Shown: positions 12,925 through 24,721, counted from the first letter of the stretch. The stretch: 64,000 bases of DNA from Zootoca vivipara (GCF_963506605.1 NC_083279.1:73656001-73720000), one strand, 5' to 3'. The notes: generated from the letters alone by a model not told the origin. Numbers and translations: made by a program.

Positions 12925-13282
12925 TGTGTGACACAAAGAACCATGAACAGCCGAAGAACATGGAACGAGCAATGTTAGGCATTTCGTTAAAAGATAGGAA
13001 ACCTAATAATTGGATACGACAAAGATCAAAAATCATGGAGGTGCTGAAAAAGTGTGCAAAGTTGAAATGGGCATAAACATGTGGCATGAAATGACTCAGG
13101 TTGGTGGAATAAATCAGTGTTAAGCGTGGAGCCCCTATGATTTTAAAAGACCAGGGGAATGACCACCTATGTGACGGGTGGGTGATCTAAAACTAAAAGC
13201 AGGGCTTACGTGGATATAGGAAGGAAGCAGCAGAAAGTGATGGTGAAAACTAAAAACTAAATATATCCAAAGAGGGATGTGA
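12925..13282 (+). mobile_element. Decayed RTE LINE C-terminus of invertebrate (insect-like) RTE-1 type
   Basis: Manual translation from 12960: MERAMLGISLKDRKPNNWIRQRSKIMEVLKKCAKLKWA*. After frameshifts: HVA*NDSGWWNKSVL and WSPYDFKRPGE*PPM*RVGDLKLKAGLTWI*EGSSRK*W*KLKTKYIQ. Most stops are TGA at expected Arg positions (CpG decay). Confidence 0.85.
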
Positions 13283-13675
13283 GGTGCTATAAAGACAGAG
13301 CAAGTGCAGGAGTGACTACTCCACCTGCCTTCAGCTCTCCAAAACTCAAGAAGAATCCTTTCCCAGCATTGCTACCTGAGATCCATCAGCAGTGCATGGG
13401 GTAGGGTAGGTGTGAAGACCAGCAGTGGTGAATCCAACATGGTGAGGCAGGGTGAGGTTTTGCAAGGTCAGAGGAGTACCAGGTTGTGGTAGCCTGCAGG
13501 TGGGCACACACTGATGGGACTTAACCCTCACCAACCTGCACTCCCCTGACCTTGTTGCCACTTCATCCACTAGCCAATGTGAGAGTCAGGACTGACATTT
13601 GGAAATGTGAAAAGGTATTTGAGGGTTCTTCAGATATTGTTGAACTATGATTCTATTGGATTCCAGTATGATGCT

Positions 13676-13922
13676 ATTGGATTCAAGTTACCAGAAAGAA
13701 GATTCTGATTAAACATCAGGAATAACTTTCTAATGATAAGAGGTGTTTGGTAGTGGAACGGACCCTTTCAGAAAGTGATGGACTCTCCTTCCTTGGAGGT
13801 TTTTAAGTAGAGGTTACATGGTCATTTGTAATGGATGCTATAGTGAAGATTCCTCCATTGCAGAGGGTTGGACTAGATGACCCTCAGTTCCCCTTCTAAC
13901 TCTACAGTTCTATGATTGTATG
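13676..13922 (+). mobile_element. CR1 LINE 3' fragment (diverged)
   Basis: GGATTCAAGTTA..GAAAGAAGATTC..AACATCAGGAA..GGTTGGACTAGATGACC..TTCTATGATT. Confidence 0.88.
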
Positions 13923-15328
13923 GCTATAACCTCCACCAGCCCTAGGAAGCATGGCTCAACTGGATGATGAGAGCTGCAGTCCACAGGTTCCCTATCTCTG
14001 CATCAATACCATGCTGCAATTTTTTTACAAATACTTTTTCCCCACTAGGAGAAAAACATTGAGACAAGAATATGGGTTTGTGTGTGCGCGCGTGTGTGCG
14101 CAGCAGCAGCAAAATAAGATTTATGGCAATAGAATTCTCAGAGGAAAGAACTCGCATTCCATAAGGCAAATGGAAAAAGAGGATGTATAATAATATTTTT
14201 TTATTATTATATCCCACCCATCTGGCTGGGTTTCCCTACAAATGGCAACAAGGGCAGGACAAGCCAGTCATTTCAATAAGTCATCTACCGAGAAGAGAAC
14301 TGTGTTCCCCTTACAGAGCATTATATTCCAAAATTCTAAATTGCCTGCAACATTAAGTATACTTACCACGAAACGTCTCATTGGAATAATTTAGAATTAC
14401 TTCTAATTAAGCATGCTTATGATCAGGATGTACATCTCTTCTTAAAAGAAATAACTAATTGAAAAGTTCCTGAAGTTAACACTTTTGAAATATTTATCCA
14501 AACTGTACTTGGAGAAAATAAAATGGAGCTAAAATAAACCTTCCTTGTGTGGAAAAGCTGGTAGTTATTGATAAGCAAAAGTACACAAAGCTTGAATTAA
14601 GTTCCCCTTTGTAACTGAGAAAAAGTGAATACATTGTGGCTTCACTTTTGAACATTGTGGCTTGTGCACATAGCTAAACTGAAGCCATAAAATGCAAACT
14701 TTATCTCATGGTTACTGGTAATGTAGAAGAGGACTGATTGCCTTTAAATACTCACAAACACAGAAAAAGGCATTATCACAAAAACAAAAGCTGGCAGTCC
14801 AATGTTAATGCATGATAAGTGAGTGTATTTTTATCCTGATTTGTATAAAATGCAACTAAAAGCCTAAATAAAAAGTTACATTATGAAAAATAGACTGTTG
14901 ATTACCTTCACGAATCCCCATTTGCAATGCATGGAGTGTAAGAGTTTGATTACTACACTCAGTGCTCAGGGCTTGTTTTCAATATTCACAGAATCCTACT
15001 AAATATAACTTTCTGAAATATCCAACACTACTGAGTTCAGCTGGTCACCTACTTTGGGGTGTTTGAGCTGCAATAATGCTCCTTGAATGTTCTTGATCCA
15101 TTTTCAGGATGGGATGATATGGATGGGAAAAAGATGCCCCAGAACAGCACATTTTATTCTAACACATTTCACCACAAAGTATAAAACAGGTATTAATTGG
15201 TTGGATCATATCAGAAAGATGTTTGCAGGCTTTTCCAATGGTGTTCCAAATATACACAATTTTCAAAGGTGTTTCAAATACACACAATTTCACTTAAATG
15301 TGCAGTGCCTCAGAACCTAACCCCCCAC

Positions 15329-15406
15329 TAGGTTTGCCAGATTCAATAGAGGACAGGACTTCTTTGCCTTTAATTGCCCTGCTCTCTTTTGAGTCTGGAA
15401 ACCTTA
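15329..15406. mobile_element. Short hAT (Blackjack-like) MITE
   Basis: Imperfect TIRs TAGGTTTGCCAGA / TCTGGAAACCTTA; no TSD match. Confidence 0.5.
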
Positions 15407-15558
15407 ACACAAAAGCACACTGATGGAGACCACTGCAGAATACAGTCTCCCTCCAGCAATCTGTCACATGAGTGCATGAACTTTAAATCACTGGGCACAT
15501 GTGAAAATGATTAATGAGGAGGCAGAGGAGAATAACTGTAACAAAAGGTACCCTTGAG

Positions 15559-16628
15559 TAGGGGAAGGGGAGAATTTGATTTGCATTTTCATAAGGAATT
15601 CTATAATGTTCATGGCTTGAACCAATATGCAAACTTAAACACAAGTATCCAGGGGCATCGCAATAGAGGGGCGGGGCACCCCGGGCTCCACTCAACGGGC
15701 GGCAGCGCAGTGCCCCCTCGCCACCTCCACCGACGGCTGCTGCATGCGCCCGCCCCTCGCCTCGCCGAAGCAGAGAGGACGGCTTGCTCGGCTCGGGCTT
15801 TGATTCTTTCTGCTCGGGTGAGGCGAGGGGTGTCCTCTCTGGCCCGCCCCATGCATCACCTGAGCAGAAAGAATCAAAGTGCAAGCCGAGCAAGCCGTGG
15901 CATTGAGCGAGTTTCATAGGGTGGTTTGCTCGGCTCGTGCTTTGATTCTTTCTGCTTGGACGAGGTGAGGGGCGGGCCGCTGACACCCTCTCTGGCCCAC
16001 CCCTCGCCTCGCCCACGCAGAAAGAATCAAAGCATGAGCCGAGCAAGCTGCGGCGCGGAGCGAGCCCTGTAAAACTCGCTCCGCGCCGTGGCTTGCTCAC
16101 AGTTGGACAGCAGCAGAGCTCAAGCACCGCTAGAGCCAAACCCGCTTTGTAGCGCACGTGCACGTAGCGTCCCTCTGTAGTGATGGAGGGATGTGCTGCG
16201 TCACTACGTCACTATGTAGCACGTCACTACGGAGGGACTCTGCACACCAAGGGGTGGGGTGCAGCCACCAGTAGCAGGGGGGCTTGCGGCGCCGCTGCAA
16301 GTATCCATCAAAATTCGCACCTCTGAATTTTGCAATGCAGTTCTCCAACCAGATAATGTGTACAAAAATCTGGATATTATGAGAAAGGGTGCTTAAAAAT
16401 GCATATATTGGTGAAAATAATGTTCAAAATGCATTATATTTGCTTTCAAATATATGTATATTAGACAAAATTGCATACACAAATGTGTACATTCGGAGAA
16501 ATTTGCACTAGAACACTGAGGATTTCAAAACAAACAAACAAACTGCTATTGAAATATGGAAAATTGAAATTAAGGCTGAAAAAATGAGAAAATGGGAGTA
16601 CCAAAATTAACAGATTCATACATTCCTA
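15559..16628. mobile_element. Old AT-rich non-autonomous hAT (TAGGG...CCTA ends), split by a younger hAT
   Basis: Ends TAGGGGAAG / CATTCCTA; degenerate TSD CCCTTGAG / CTCATGAG; internal AAAATGCAT-type subrepeats. Confidence 0.65.
15650..16297. mobile_element. CpG-rich non-autonomous hAT (Tip100-like) with stacked internal palindromes
   Basis: TIRs CAGGGGCATCGCAA / TTGCGGCGCCGCTG; perfect TSD CAAGTATC (15642-15649, 16298-16305); repeated inverted arms GCTTGCTCGGCTCG.GCTTTGATTCTTTCTGC. Confidence 0.9.
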
Positions 16629-17127
16629 CTCATGAGGATGAAACTATGGAATCTAGGACCTTTACTTACACTGGGTTTCTAATACATATAATTTCTCACT
16701 AGATCACTGTTTTAGTGTTGTGTGTTTGTCTGAGTTGTCTGACCATGATCTAAACTGCTAACACCCTGCTTCTTTCTGCTTTCTATATTCTTTCCCCTAA
16801 TTATTGTCAGGAGGAAGGAAAGAAGGCAAAGAAAACACTTAAAAATGAAAGATTCGTATGCCATATCATAAAGATGAGCATTGTAATCACTTCCTTTAAG
16901 CAAAGATTAAAAGATAATAAAAGCCCTAATTAAGGATCTCGTTAGCTTAACTAGATTTTCATATGCAAAATGATGTCTGCCACGTGCTGTTTTCATCTGA
17001 AATGGCTCCAAATGAAGCACCTGTGCCACTTCCCAGTAGTAGTCCCTTCTTTCCTCAGCAGTTTTGTTTATCTCCCAGAGCAAACAATGGAACTTGATCA
17101 CATGGTGACAACACAACCAAGCAAACA

Positions 17128-17350
17128 GAGAGCCAGTGTGGTGTAGTGGTTAAGAGCGATAGACCCATTATCTGGGGGACCGGGTTCGCATCTCCGCTCC
17201 TCCACATGCAGCTGCTGGGTGACCTTGGGCTAGTCACACTTCTCTGAAGTCTCACATTCCCACCCACCTCACAGGGTGTCTGTTGTGGGGGAGGAGGGGA
17301 AAGGAGATTGTTAGCCGCTTTGAGACTCCTTTGGGTAGTGATAAAGCGGG
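17128..17350 (+). mobile_element. Squam3-like tRNA-derived SINE (3' end runs into the gap)
   Basis: GAGAGCCAGTGTGGTGTAGTGGTTAAGAGC..CCGGGTTCG..GCTGGGTGACCTTGGGCTAGTCAC..AGCCGCTTTGAGACTCCT. Confidence 0.85.
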
Positions 17351-17489
17351 NNNNNNNNNNNNNNNNNNNNNNNNNNNNNNNNNNNNNNNNNNNNNNNNNN
17401 NNNNNNNNNNNNNNNNNNNNNNNNNNNNNNNNNNNNNNNNNNNNNNNNNNNNNNNNNNNNNNNNNNNNNNNNNNNNNNNNNNNNNNNNN
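17351..17489. other. Assembly gap (139 N)
   Basis: Run of N. Confidence 1.
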
Positions 17490-18802
17490 GGGGCAGACAG
17501 CAGCAGCTTGGGCAGCTGACCAGACCTGCTATTGATACCTGCTCTTGATTACACTTCATTTTTTAATTTTAATATTTTTGTTTGCTTATTTCTGGCCCAG
17601 CACGAGGACCTAGCCACTCTTTTAATTTCCCACAGTGCCCTCAACCTCACATCTTTCTGAGGCATTGTCGGAAATCAAAGGGTACCTGGCTAAATCGACA
17701 GGACCAGACAACCTGGGAGCAGAGAGAGAGTCAGAGGACTGAACTCAGGTCCCATCACCCACACAAAGAGACACTTCACGCACACAGGAACATGTGCTTA
17801 CAAGCACAGCCTTCTAGCTTGGGACAAAGAACCATGTGAATCATCCCTTCATCCCCCACTCTTTAAAGTAGAGCGAGATGGGTGTGCCAAGTGCTAGAGC
17901 GATGTCTTTGTGATGCCTAGCCATGTATCCTAGAGTTGTGTCTATAGACTTTTGAACCATGCATTCCTGTACTTTGAGAGGATGCTGAGTTTGGGTGTTG
18001 ATTGATTGGTTTCTTCCTCAAGCTGATAGCAGGAGTACTGTGTCTGAAGGTGGGAGCCAGGACACCAGGGCCCACTGATGGAAGAGGAGGCCCACCAGAA
18101 GACCTAAACTTGGAGCCATCCTGCTCTTCTCCATTGTCCCCATTGGGATGACCTTTTGGGGAAAGGCCACAGCTCAATGGAAGAATAAGCCTCCTCTAAG
18201 CACAGTCGGACTTACTTCCAAGTAATAATGCATAGAATTGTAATGCAAGGGATTTCATTATCTGAAATTTGTGAAGCCTTGTCAACATTCTCTTGGCTTG
18301 TCTCAAAATCATTTTACTGGTACTTTAGGAGGAACAGCCAACAGTGCCCAGACATTTCCCATTATGTAACATAGTGGCAACCCTGAAGCACGGAGACCTC
18401 ACCCAGCCCTAAGAAATTCCATGAATCTTATCAAAACTCTACTGGCTTCCCTTGAAATTCATCTGATGTTTTGCCTGAGGAGGAAATTCTTTTCACATTT
18501 TCCTCTAGGCAAAATTTCACACTGACACTTCTGATTTTAGGATTCTGGTGTTATTTCAACCAGACCCAGAAAGAAAAGAGGCGAAAAGACGCAACATGCA
18601 CATAATATTAGTGTTGTGCCAACACCTATTTCCTTAACATGTTTATGCTGCAAAAGAGGCTTCGAGGTCCCCCACCCACTCCCATGCTCTTTCCCCCCGG
18701 CACTTTAGAGTTTAGTTAGAATTTCTTTCCCATTTTAGTGTGCAGAGTGGGATTGAGATGGCTGTGGGTTGTGTGTGTGTTCTTCTTTCCATTATATATT
18801 TA

Positions 18803-19193
18803 TCATGGAGGATGAGGCTACTACCAATAGCTGCTAGACATGGTGGCTAGGTTCTATCTCTGAATGCCAGTTGCTGGGAATCACAAGTGGGGAGTGTGCT
18901 GTTGCACTCAGGTTCTGTTTGTGGGTGTCTGGTTGGCCACCGTGAGGACAGAATGCTGAACCAAGAATGTAAGAAGATAAAGAAGAGTCTGCTGGTTCAG
19001 ACCAATGACCCATCTAATGTAGCATCCTGTTCTCACAGTGGCCAACTAGAAGCCTGTGGGGAACACACAGGTAGGACTTGCCTCTCCTGTGGTCTCAACA
19101 AATGTTACTCAGAAACATTACTGCCTCTGACTGTGGAGACAGAGTATAGTCATCATGGGCCATTGGCCTGATCCAGCAGGCTGTTCTTGAGTT
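18803..19193 (+). mobile_element. Old CR1 3' UTR containing an antisense copy of the same family (about 18963-19154)
   Basis: The sense copy TGAATGCCAGTTGCTGGGAA..CTGGTTGGCCAC..ATGCTG resumes as ATGGGCCATTGGCCTGATCCAGCAGG after an inverted copy (AGCATCCTGTTCTCACAGTGGCCAAC). Confidence 0.75.
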
Positions 19194-19941
19194 ATTATGC
19201 TCTCCAGCACTCTGTGGCTTCTCCAGCTGTATGTGCTTCCTGATCTGAAAAAGTCTTATGGGAGAAGTTAACTCATGATGTCTTCCCTTCAGCTTTAATT
19301 GAAGCATCCAAAACCAGGGAGGTTGGCTACTGAGCACTTGAGAGCAGTACAGCTGTACTGTATTTTATTTACTGTTATTTACTTATTTTCCTTTTTTTAA
19401 AAAAAGGGGGAAGTACTTCTTCTAACATTAGAAAACAACCATTTCCCACATTGACTTCTTGAAAAGTCACTGGACTTCACCCACCCACCCTTTTTTTAAA
19501 AAACAGCAACAACAAAAACAAAACAGCTATCGGGTAACAGAGTCGGCAGCCTCCTCACTTTCCTGTGCTTACAGGAATGCCCAGTTGAGGACCTCATGAG
19601 GTTTTTTGGACTGGAGGCAACAGGAAGATTGCAGAGTGCAGCCCAATGGAGAGATGATTCTGTAGAATGAAAGAAACGGATCTCTCACAAACATCTTCAA
19701 GGTAAACACAACAAAATCCCTGTACCTCACCTGAGAGAATTTCATTGAATTTTTCTCTCTCCTTTCATAATGTTTGAATGCAATTTCTTGTCTGATAAAC
19801 TGATGTAGAATGTCTGGTGGGACGGGACAGGAGAATTTACCAGCAAAAAACAATAATTTATCCACTTCTGCTGCCCCTCGAAATGGAGTTGCTGCTTGCT
19901 TTTCCATTCCCAAGATTTAGCTGAAGCCACAGAGGTGTAAG

Positions 19942-20262
19942 CAGGCGTCAGCAAACTTTTTCAGCAGGTGGCCGGTCCACTGTCCCTGAGACCTTGTGGG
20001 GGGCCGGACTATATTTTGGAAAAAATATATGAACGAATTCCTATGCCCCACAAATAATCCAGAGATGCATTTTAAATAAAAGGACACATTCTACTCATGT
20101 AAAAACACCAAGCAGGCCTCACAAATAACCCAGAGATGCATTTTAAATAAAAGGACACATTCTACTCATGTAAAAACATGCTGATTTCCAGAACGTCTGC
20201 GAGCCGGATTTAGAAGGCGATTGGGCCGCATCTGGCCCCCGGGCCTTAGTTTGGGGTACCTG
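19942..20262. mobile_element. hAT-Charlie MITE resembling non-autonomous OposCharlie1 (OC1)-type elements
   Basis: Starts CAGGCGTCAGCAAACTTTTT..CACTGTCCCTGAGACC..GGGCCGGACTATA..ATGAACGAATTCCTATGC and ends GGGCCTTAGTTTGGGGTACCTG; internal ~63-bp direct duplication; imperfect TSD GGTGTAAG / GGGTAAAG. Confidence 0.8.
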
Positions 20263-21761
20263 GGGTAAAGAAATAGTTTGGTGCTTTGACAAAGGTGTCC
20301 ACATCCTGCAAAAAGCCAAAAGTAAACCATGGATGTTTTGTTGCGGAAAAGAGACACAAGGAATCTGACCAGATGTGTTCATTGCTTGGAGGAGGGAGCA
20401 GAGCCACTGGCATATGTAGATACAGATTGAAATATCAGCCTAGTAGTAACAGTCGGATAAATTTCTACAGCTGGGAACTCAGCAAGAGGTGGGAATCAGG
20501 GCTTTCATCCTTGTTAAATCTGTAATCGGAGCCTCATTCTATTTCGTTTAAGTCCTGCTGTGAGTGTAGGCTGAAGGCTCTCAAAGAGGTCACAGAGGGG
20601 TGACAGCAAATGATATGCCTATCCAAGCGAAGGCACAAAGGTGAAGGCTGGCAAGAAAAGGCCAAGGTGTTTTATGGGTCCACAGAGACATCACTAGTGA
20701 GTATCCAATATTCTAGTAACCCCCTCCCTCCCTCCCTCCCTCAAGCTAGGGTGAGGGAGAATTTCTCCCATTCACCTATGAACTTCCTCCTCTAGAAAGA
20801 AGACCCAATAATTAATGGGGAAGGAATTGGGAAGCCTGTGTCCTCACTGTGACACTTCCATGTGAGACTACTCAGAGTAATGGGCCAGGATGAAACATGG
20901 GTGGTTAAGTGGTATATAAATATATAATTGCCGCTTAATGGGCTGGGAGGAATAATAGACTAGGAAGAAACTTTGGTGATTGAGCAGTATATAAATAGTT
21001 GAAGGAACGATTAAGGAGGGCCCAAGGTAGACATCAGCAGGCACTATGGCAAGTGCCTGAGGCTGACACTGCCTGAATAGTCTTCAGGCACAAAACTCCC
21101 CAGAATGCACTAAAGGGGAGGCACAATGTTTAATCACAAAGCTTTGTTGCAACAGTTATATTCAATACATAGGTGCCTTTCTTCCCTTCTCGGGTAGGCT
21201 TTAATTTAATTTAATTTAATTATTTAAAATATTTATGCCCTTCATCATTCTTTGCTTGAGGCAATTCACTACAATACTTGAAGTCACAACACTACAACTA
21301 ATGAAAGCAACAAAATGACAAACTCCAAATGATGGAGACATTCACTAACAGGAGCATTTAGTAGCCAGCTCGTTTGGCCTCTGATATCAACCAGCCATTT
21401 GAACAGGTGGGACTTGCATCCTCTTCTAAAGGCCATCAGGACCTTCTCCAGGAGACCATTTTATTATTGAGAAAGCCCAGTTACTTACTGAGGTTATCCT
21501 TAATCTCTAGCAGTGATGGAACCAGACACTGAGTGCTGATTTACCAGAGATGGAACATTTTTTTTGGGGGGGGGAGAGATTGTTCCAATCCATAAAGTTT
21601 TGGTTTTTTATTTTTAAAGACATAACAAACAGTGCCAGGCAACTGCAGAAAAAAAATTGATTGTATATGTCTGTGCCCCTTCAGAAGCTAGGCATCAGCA
21701 TTCTAAATCTGCTAGAACATTGAATCGGTAATTATGGTCTATCTGAGATTATAGCTTCTGA

Positions 21762-21994
21762 CACTGGTGGAGCTCCATGTTCCAACCCCGGGGGCGGGGC
21801 TGACGCCTGTTCTGGGGGTGGGACGCGCCTCCTGGAGGGGTTGAGCATGCGTTCCAGGGGTGGGGTGCGCCTCCCGGAGGGGCATGGTGCATGTTCCGGG
21901 GCCCGGGGGGGTGGCAGGCAGCCGCCATGGCGCCCTCGGGATCGCGCTGCCCAGGGCGGAGTGCCCCTATCTCCCCTCCCTTCCTACGCCCCTG
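21762..21994. mobile_element. GC-rich hAT (Tip100-like) MITE
   Basis: Ends CACTGGTGGAG / CCTACGCCCCTG; perfect TSD GCTTCTGA (21754-21761, 21995-22002). Confidence 0.85.
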
Positions 21995-22949
21995 GCTTCT
22001 GATATGCAGACACCATCTATTGCAGTGACATGTGGTTTGGAACGGTGTCTTCTGTGCTGAAGCAGGTCATTGGGCCGCCAACTGTAACTAGGCTTGTAAC
22101 AGATGATTGTGCCTCACCCCACAGTTACTTTCTATGCCACTTGAATTGGCTGCTTCTTTCCTTGATCAGCTGTTTCGTTTCGTTTTATTTTTTAAAGGAA
22201 GTATGAGCTCTTCTCAGTATGTTCTCCACCACCACCACCACCATTTTATTTGAATGCCAACTTTCCATGGTTAAAACAATGCTCAAGGCGGCTTACAATA
22301 TGAAAAGATTCACATAGTTACAAATATAGGAAAGTAGTCATAAAAAAATAAATAAAACACATTAAAAACTACATAACCAAACGGAGCAATTTCCACATAA
22401 AAATAAAGATACAAAAAGTTAATATCAGCAACAACAGCAAAAACTCTCAACAAAACTTCCCCCAAATACCCCAGTCCTTGCTGGGCAGCAGCCACAGCAG
22501 CAGTCCTTATGAGGCCTGTGAGGACCTGCCCTAGGCCAGGTGAAGAGAGGCAGGAACGGGGCCCTCAGGCACTCACCAGGAGAGCCACTCACCAACCAAG
22601 GATCACCTTGCAAATCTCATGCTTGAGTGGCAGTAAACATCCTTGCACTTACCTCTCAACTGGTTTATGACATAAAATAGGCAAGGCTCTTCTGACTCAA
22701 AATACTTTCACCCAGATTCTGTCTCCTCAAGTCACCAGAAGGAATAACACTTATCATGGATACTGAAAGGGTTCATGACAAACACTCATCCTTGCATCAA
22801 ATCCTTAATAGTAGAGAAATCCAAACTCCATTTTAATTTCTCCACTCTACATAGAGATGTCAGAAGCAGATGATACAGGAACCCTGCCTTCCTTTCAATC
22901 AAGTCACTCAATATACCATCAAGGTATTCAAAGCCCTTTTCAGCTCATC

Positions 22950-23160
22950 ACCGGGGTACCTAAAATATCATTTCCCCCTCGTGATATATTTCCAACAAAT
23001 AATCTAACCAGGAGATCTGTTCCATATGATATAGGAAACAGGCCTTTAATATGGTGGCACCACCCTGTGGAATTTCCTCCATAATGCAAATGCCATTTCT
23101 ACTGTCTTTTTGGCACTTACTGAAAACCTTCCTCTCCAACAAGTCTTTTTAAGTGGAGAA
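22950..23160 (+). mobile_element. Decayed L2 LINE 3' fragment
   Basis: AGGCCTTTAATATGGTGGCACC..CCTGTGGAATT..CTGAAAACCTTCCTC matches the RAFSVVAP.LWN..LKTFLF L2 terminus. Confidence 0.6.
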
Positions 23161-23896
23161 CTTCATCCCAGTCTTATATGTATTGATATATATGCACTGT
23201 TTTAACCCATTTTAAAAACAACAGCAACATTGTTTTACATATGAAACTGTTTTTGATTGTTTTCATACTTTTCTTGATTTGTGCTTGCAATTTTCTTTCT
23301 CTTTTTCTTTTATAAATGCAGGTTTCATTGCTGGAACCTGTCCTGGGAAGTTACAGCAAAATGCAGATACAAAATCAGTTCAATAAACAAATGAATGAAC
23401 AAACTAACCATAGGATCCCTTCATATAGCGTAGTATGCTGATAATCTTAGCCATGAAGAATATTATGCTTCCAGATTCAGAAACATTTAATCTCAAATTT
23501 GAAAGTGAGAAATTTCTTCTAAACCAGAGCAGTTTGCACCCACAGGTTTGAGTAGAAGGTTTCAATAGAAACCTGCTTCTTAGACCTCCTTGGGGTTTTG
23601 CAGCAGGGAGATAACCCCTTTGTTTAAAACACAGGCTTCCTACAAAATGTTAGCAATCAAAGCAACTCTTATCCCCATTCCTACATTACAATTTTAAACC
23701 GATACAGATTTATTTTTTAACAGAGGGTCATGCCAACGGCTACAACTTGTATGCTTTATTGCTGCCCACCTAATGGGACAAAAAGCATGGCATAAGTATT
23801 ACAGCAACATCATAAACTTTTAGAATTATTCACTGGAAATGGAAATGCAATAGACGGGTTATACCTGCTGACTTTCAATTTTCCTTGATGGTGAAA

Positions 23897-23897
<1 letters not shown>

Positions 23898-23940
<43 letters not shown>
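23898..23940 (+). repeat. (ATT)n microsatellite
   Basis: Perfect tandem run. Confidence 0.97.
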
Positions 23941-24721
23941 GAGCTTGACCAGCACTGCAAAAGACTATTTGTGAACATTCATTCATTTATTCAGCCGCAA
24001 ACAGCAAGTTTGCTTTGACAGCATTCATTTCCCCCTTTCTTTACTGGTTGCAAACATTCTTGAGAAATGGCTTTTGTTTGCAATAAATGGTCCTCAAGAG
24101 GGAAAATGTCAGGAATCTCTCTCCTCTCTCCTGCCCTCGCTCCTGGCGTGATGAGTATAGGCTAGCAGAAATCATTGCAGTAGAAGTGCTGGCACAGCCA
24201 TCCTGGATGCTGTTGGCAACTTTGAGAACATCCAGTGAGAGAGAAGAAACAGCTTCATGTAATTATGGGGTGGCCAATCCGGCTGTGCCTGATGGGTGGG
24301 CTAGTGGAAGGCCCACCCATTTGGGACAGAAAATAAATCATGTGCCGACACAGAGAGAATGAAACATGGGGCCCATCACATAACCAGTGTCCACAATCTG
24401 TGCATAAATCATTTGCCAATTATTCAAAGCTTGCTGAAGTCAGCAGAAGCCTTTCCATTTACTTGAGGAGGCTCTGCGTCAAGTTTTGTCATAAGGCATC
24501 ATGCAGGTTGAATAATTTCTGTGCTGTAATTAATCCCTAACAATTCATATCTGCTAGTATTATTGTTCCATTCTTGTTGAAAGACACCCTATCCTCAGTC
24601 AATCCCCTTTAAATCAAATGGGCTTACTTTTAAGAAGAAATATAAGATTGTGTTGTAAATTACATTCATCCACCCTTGGGGCTGCATCCTACTTTATTTA
24701 TTGTTTGATTTTTTTAATTTG

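Noticed and set aside
12335-13087. 250-aa ORF, the longest in the window
   Set aside because: Chimeric read-through: the antisense strand of the insect-type RTE fossil runs in frame into the truncated BovB RT C-terminus. Not a host gene.
15781-16098. Regularly spaced repeats resembling a CRISPR array
   Set aside because: The repeats alternate in orientation, the spacers are related to each other, there are no cas genes and the context is vertebrate.
15483-16163. 226-aa ORF and overlapping ORFs; CpG-island-like promoter
   Set aside because: Lies almost entirely within a TSD-bounded GC-rich transposon; long frames are expected from stop-poor GC-rich palindromes.
19575-19701. Plus-strand segment with acceptor and donor motifs
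   Set aside because: Stops in all three frames and no other support; at most a non-coding exon.
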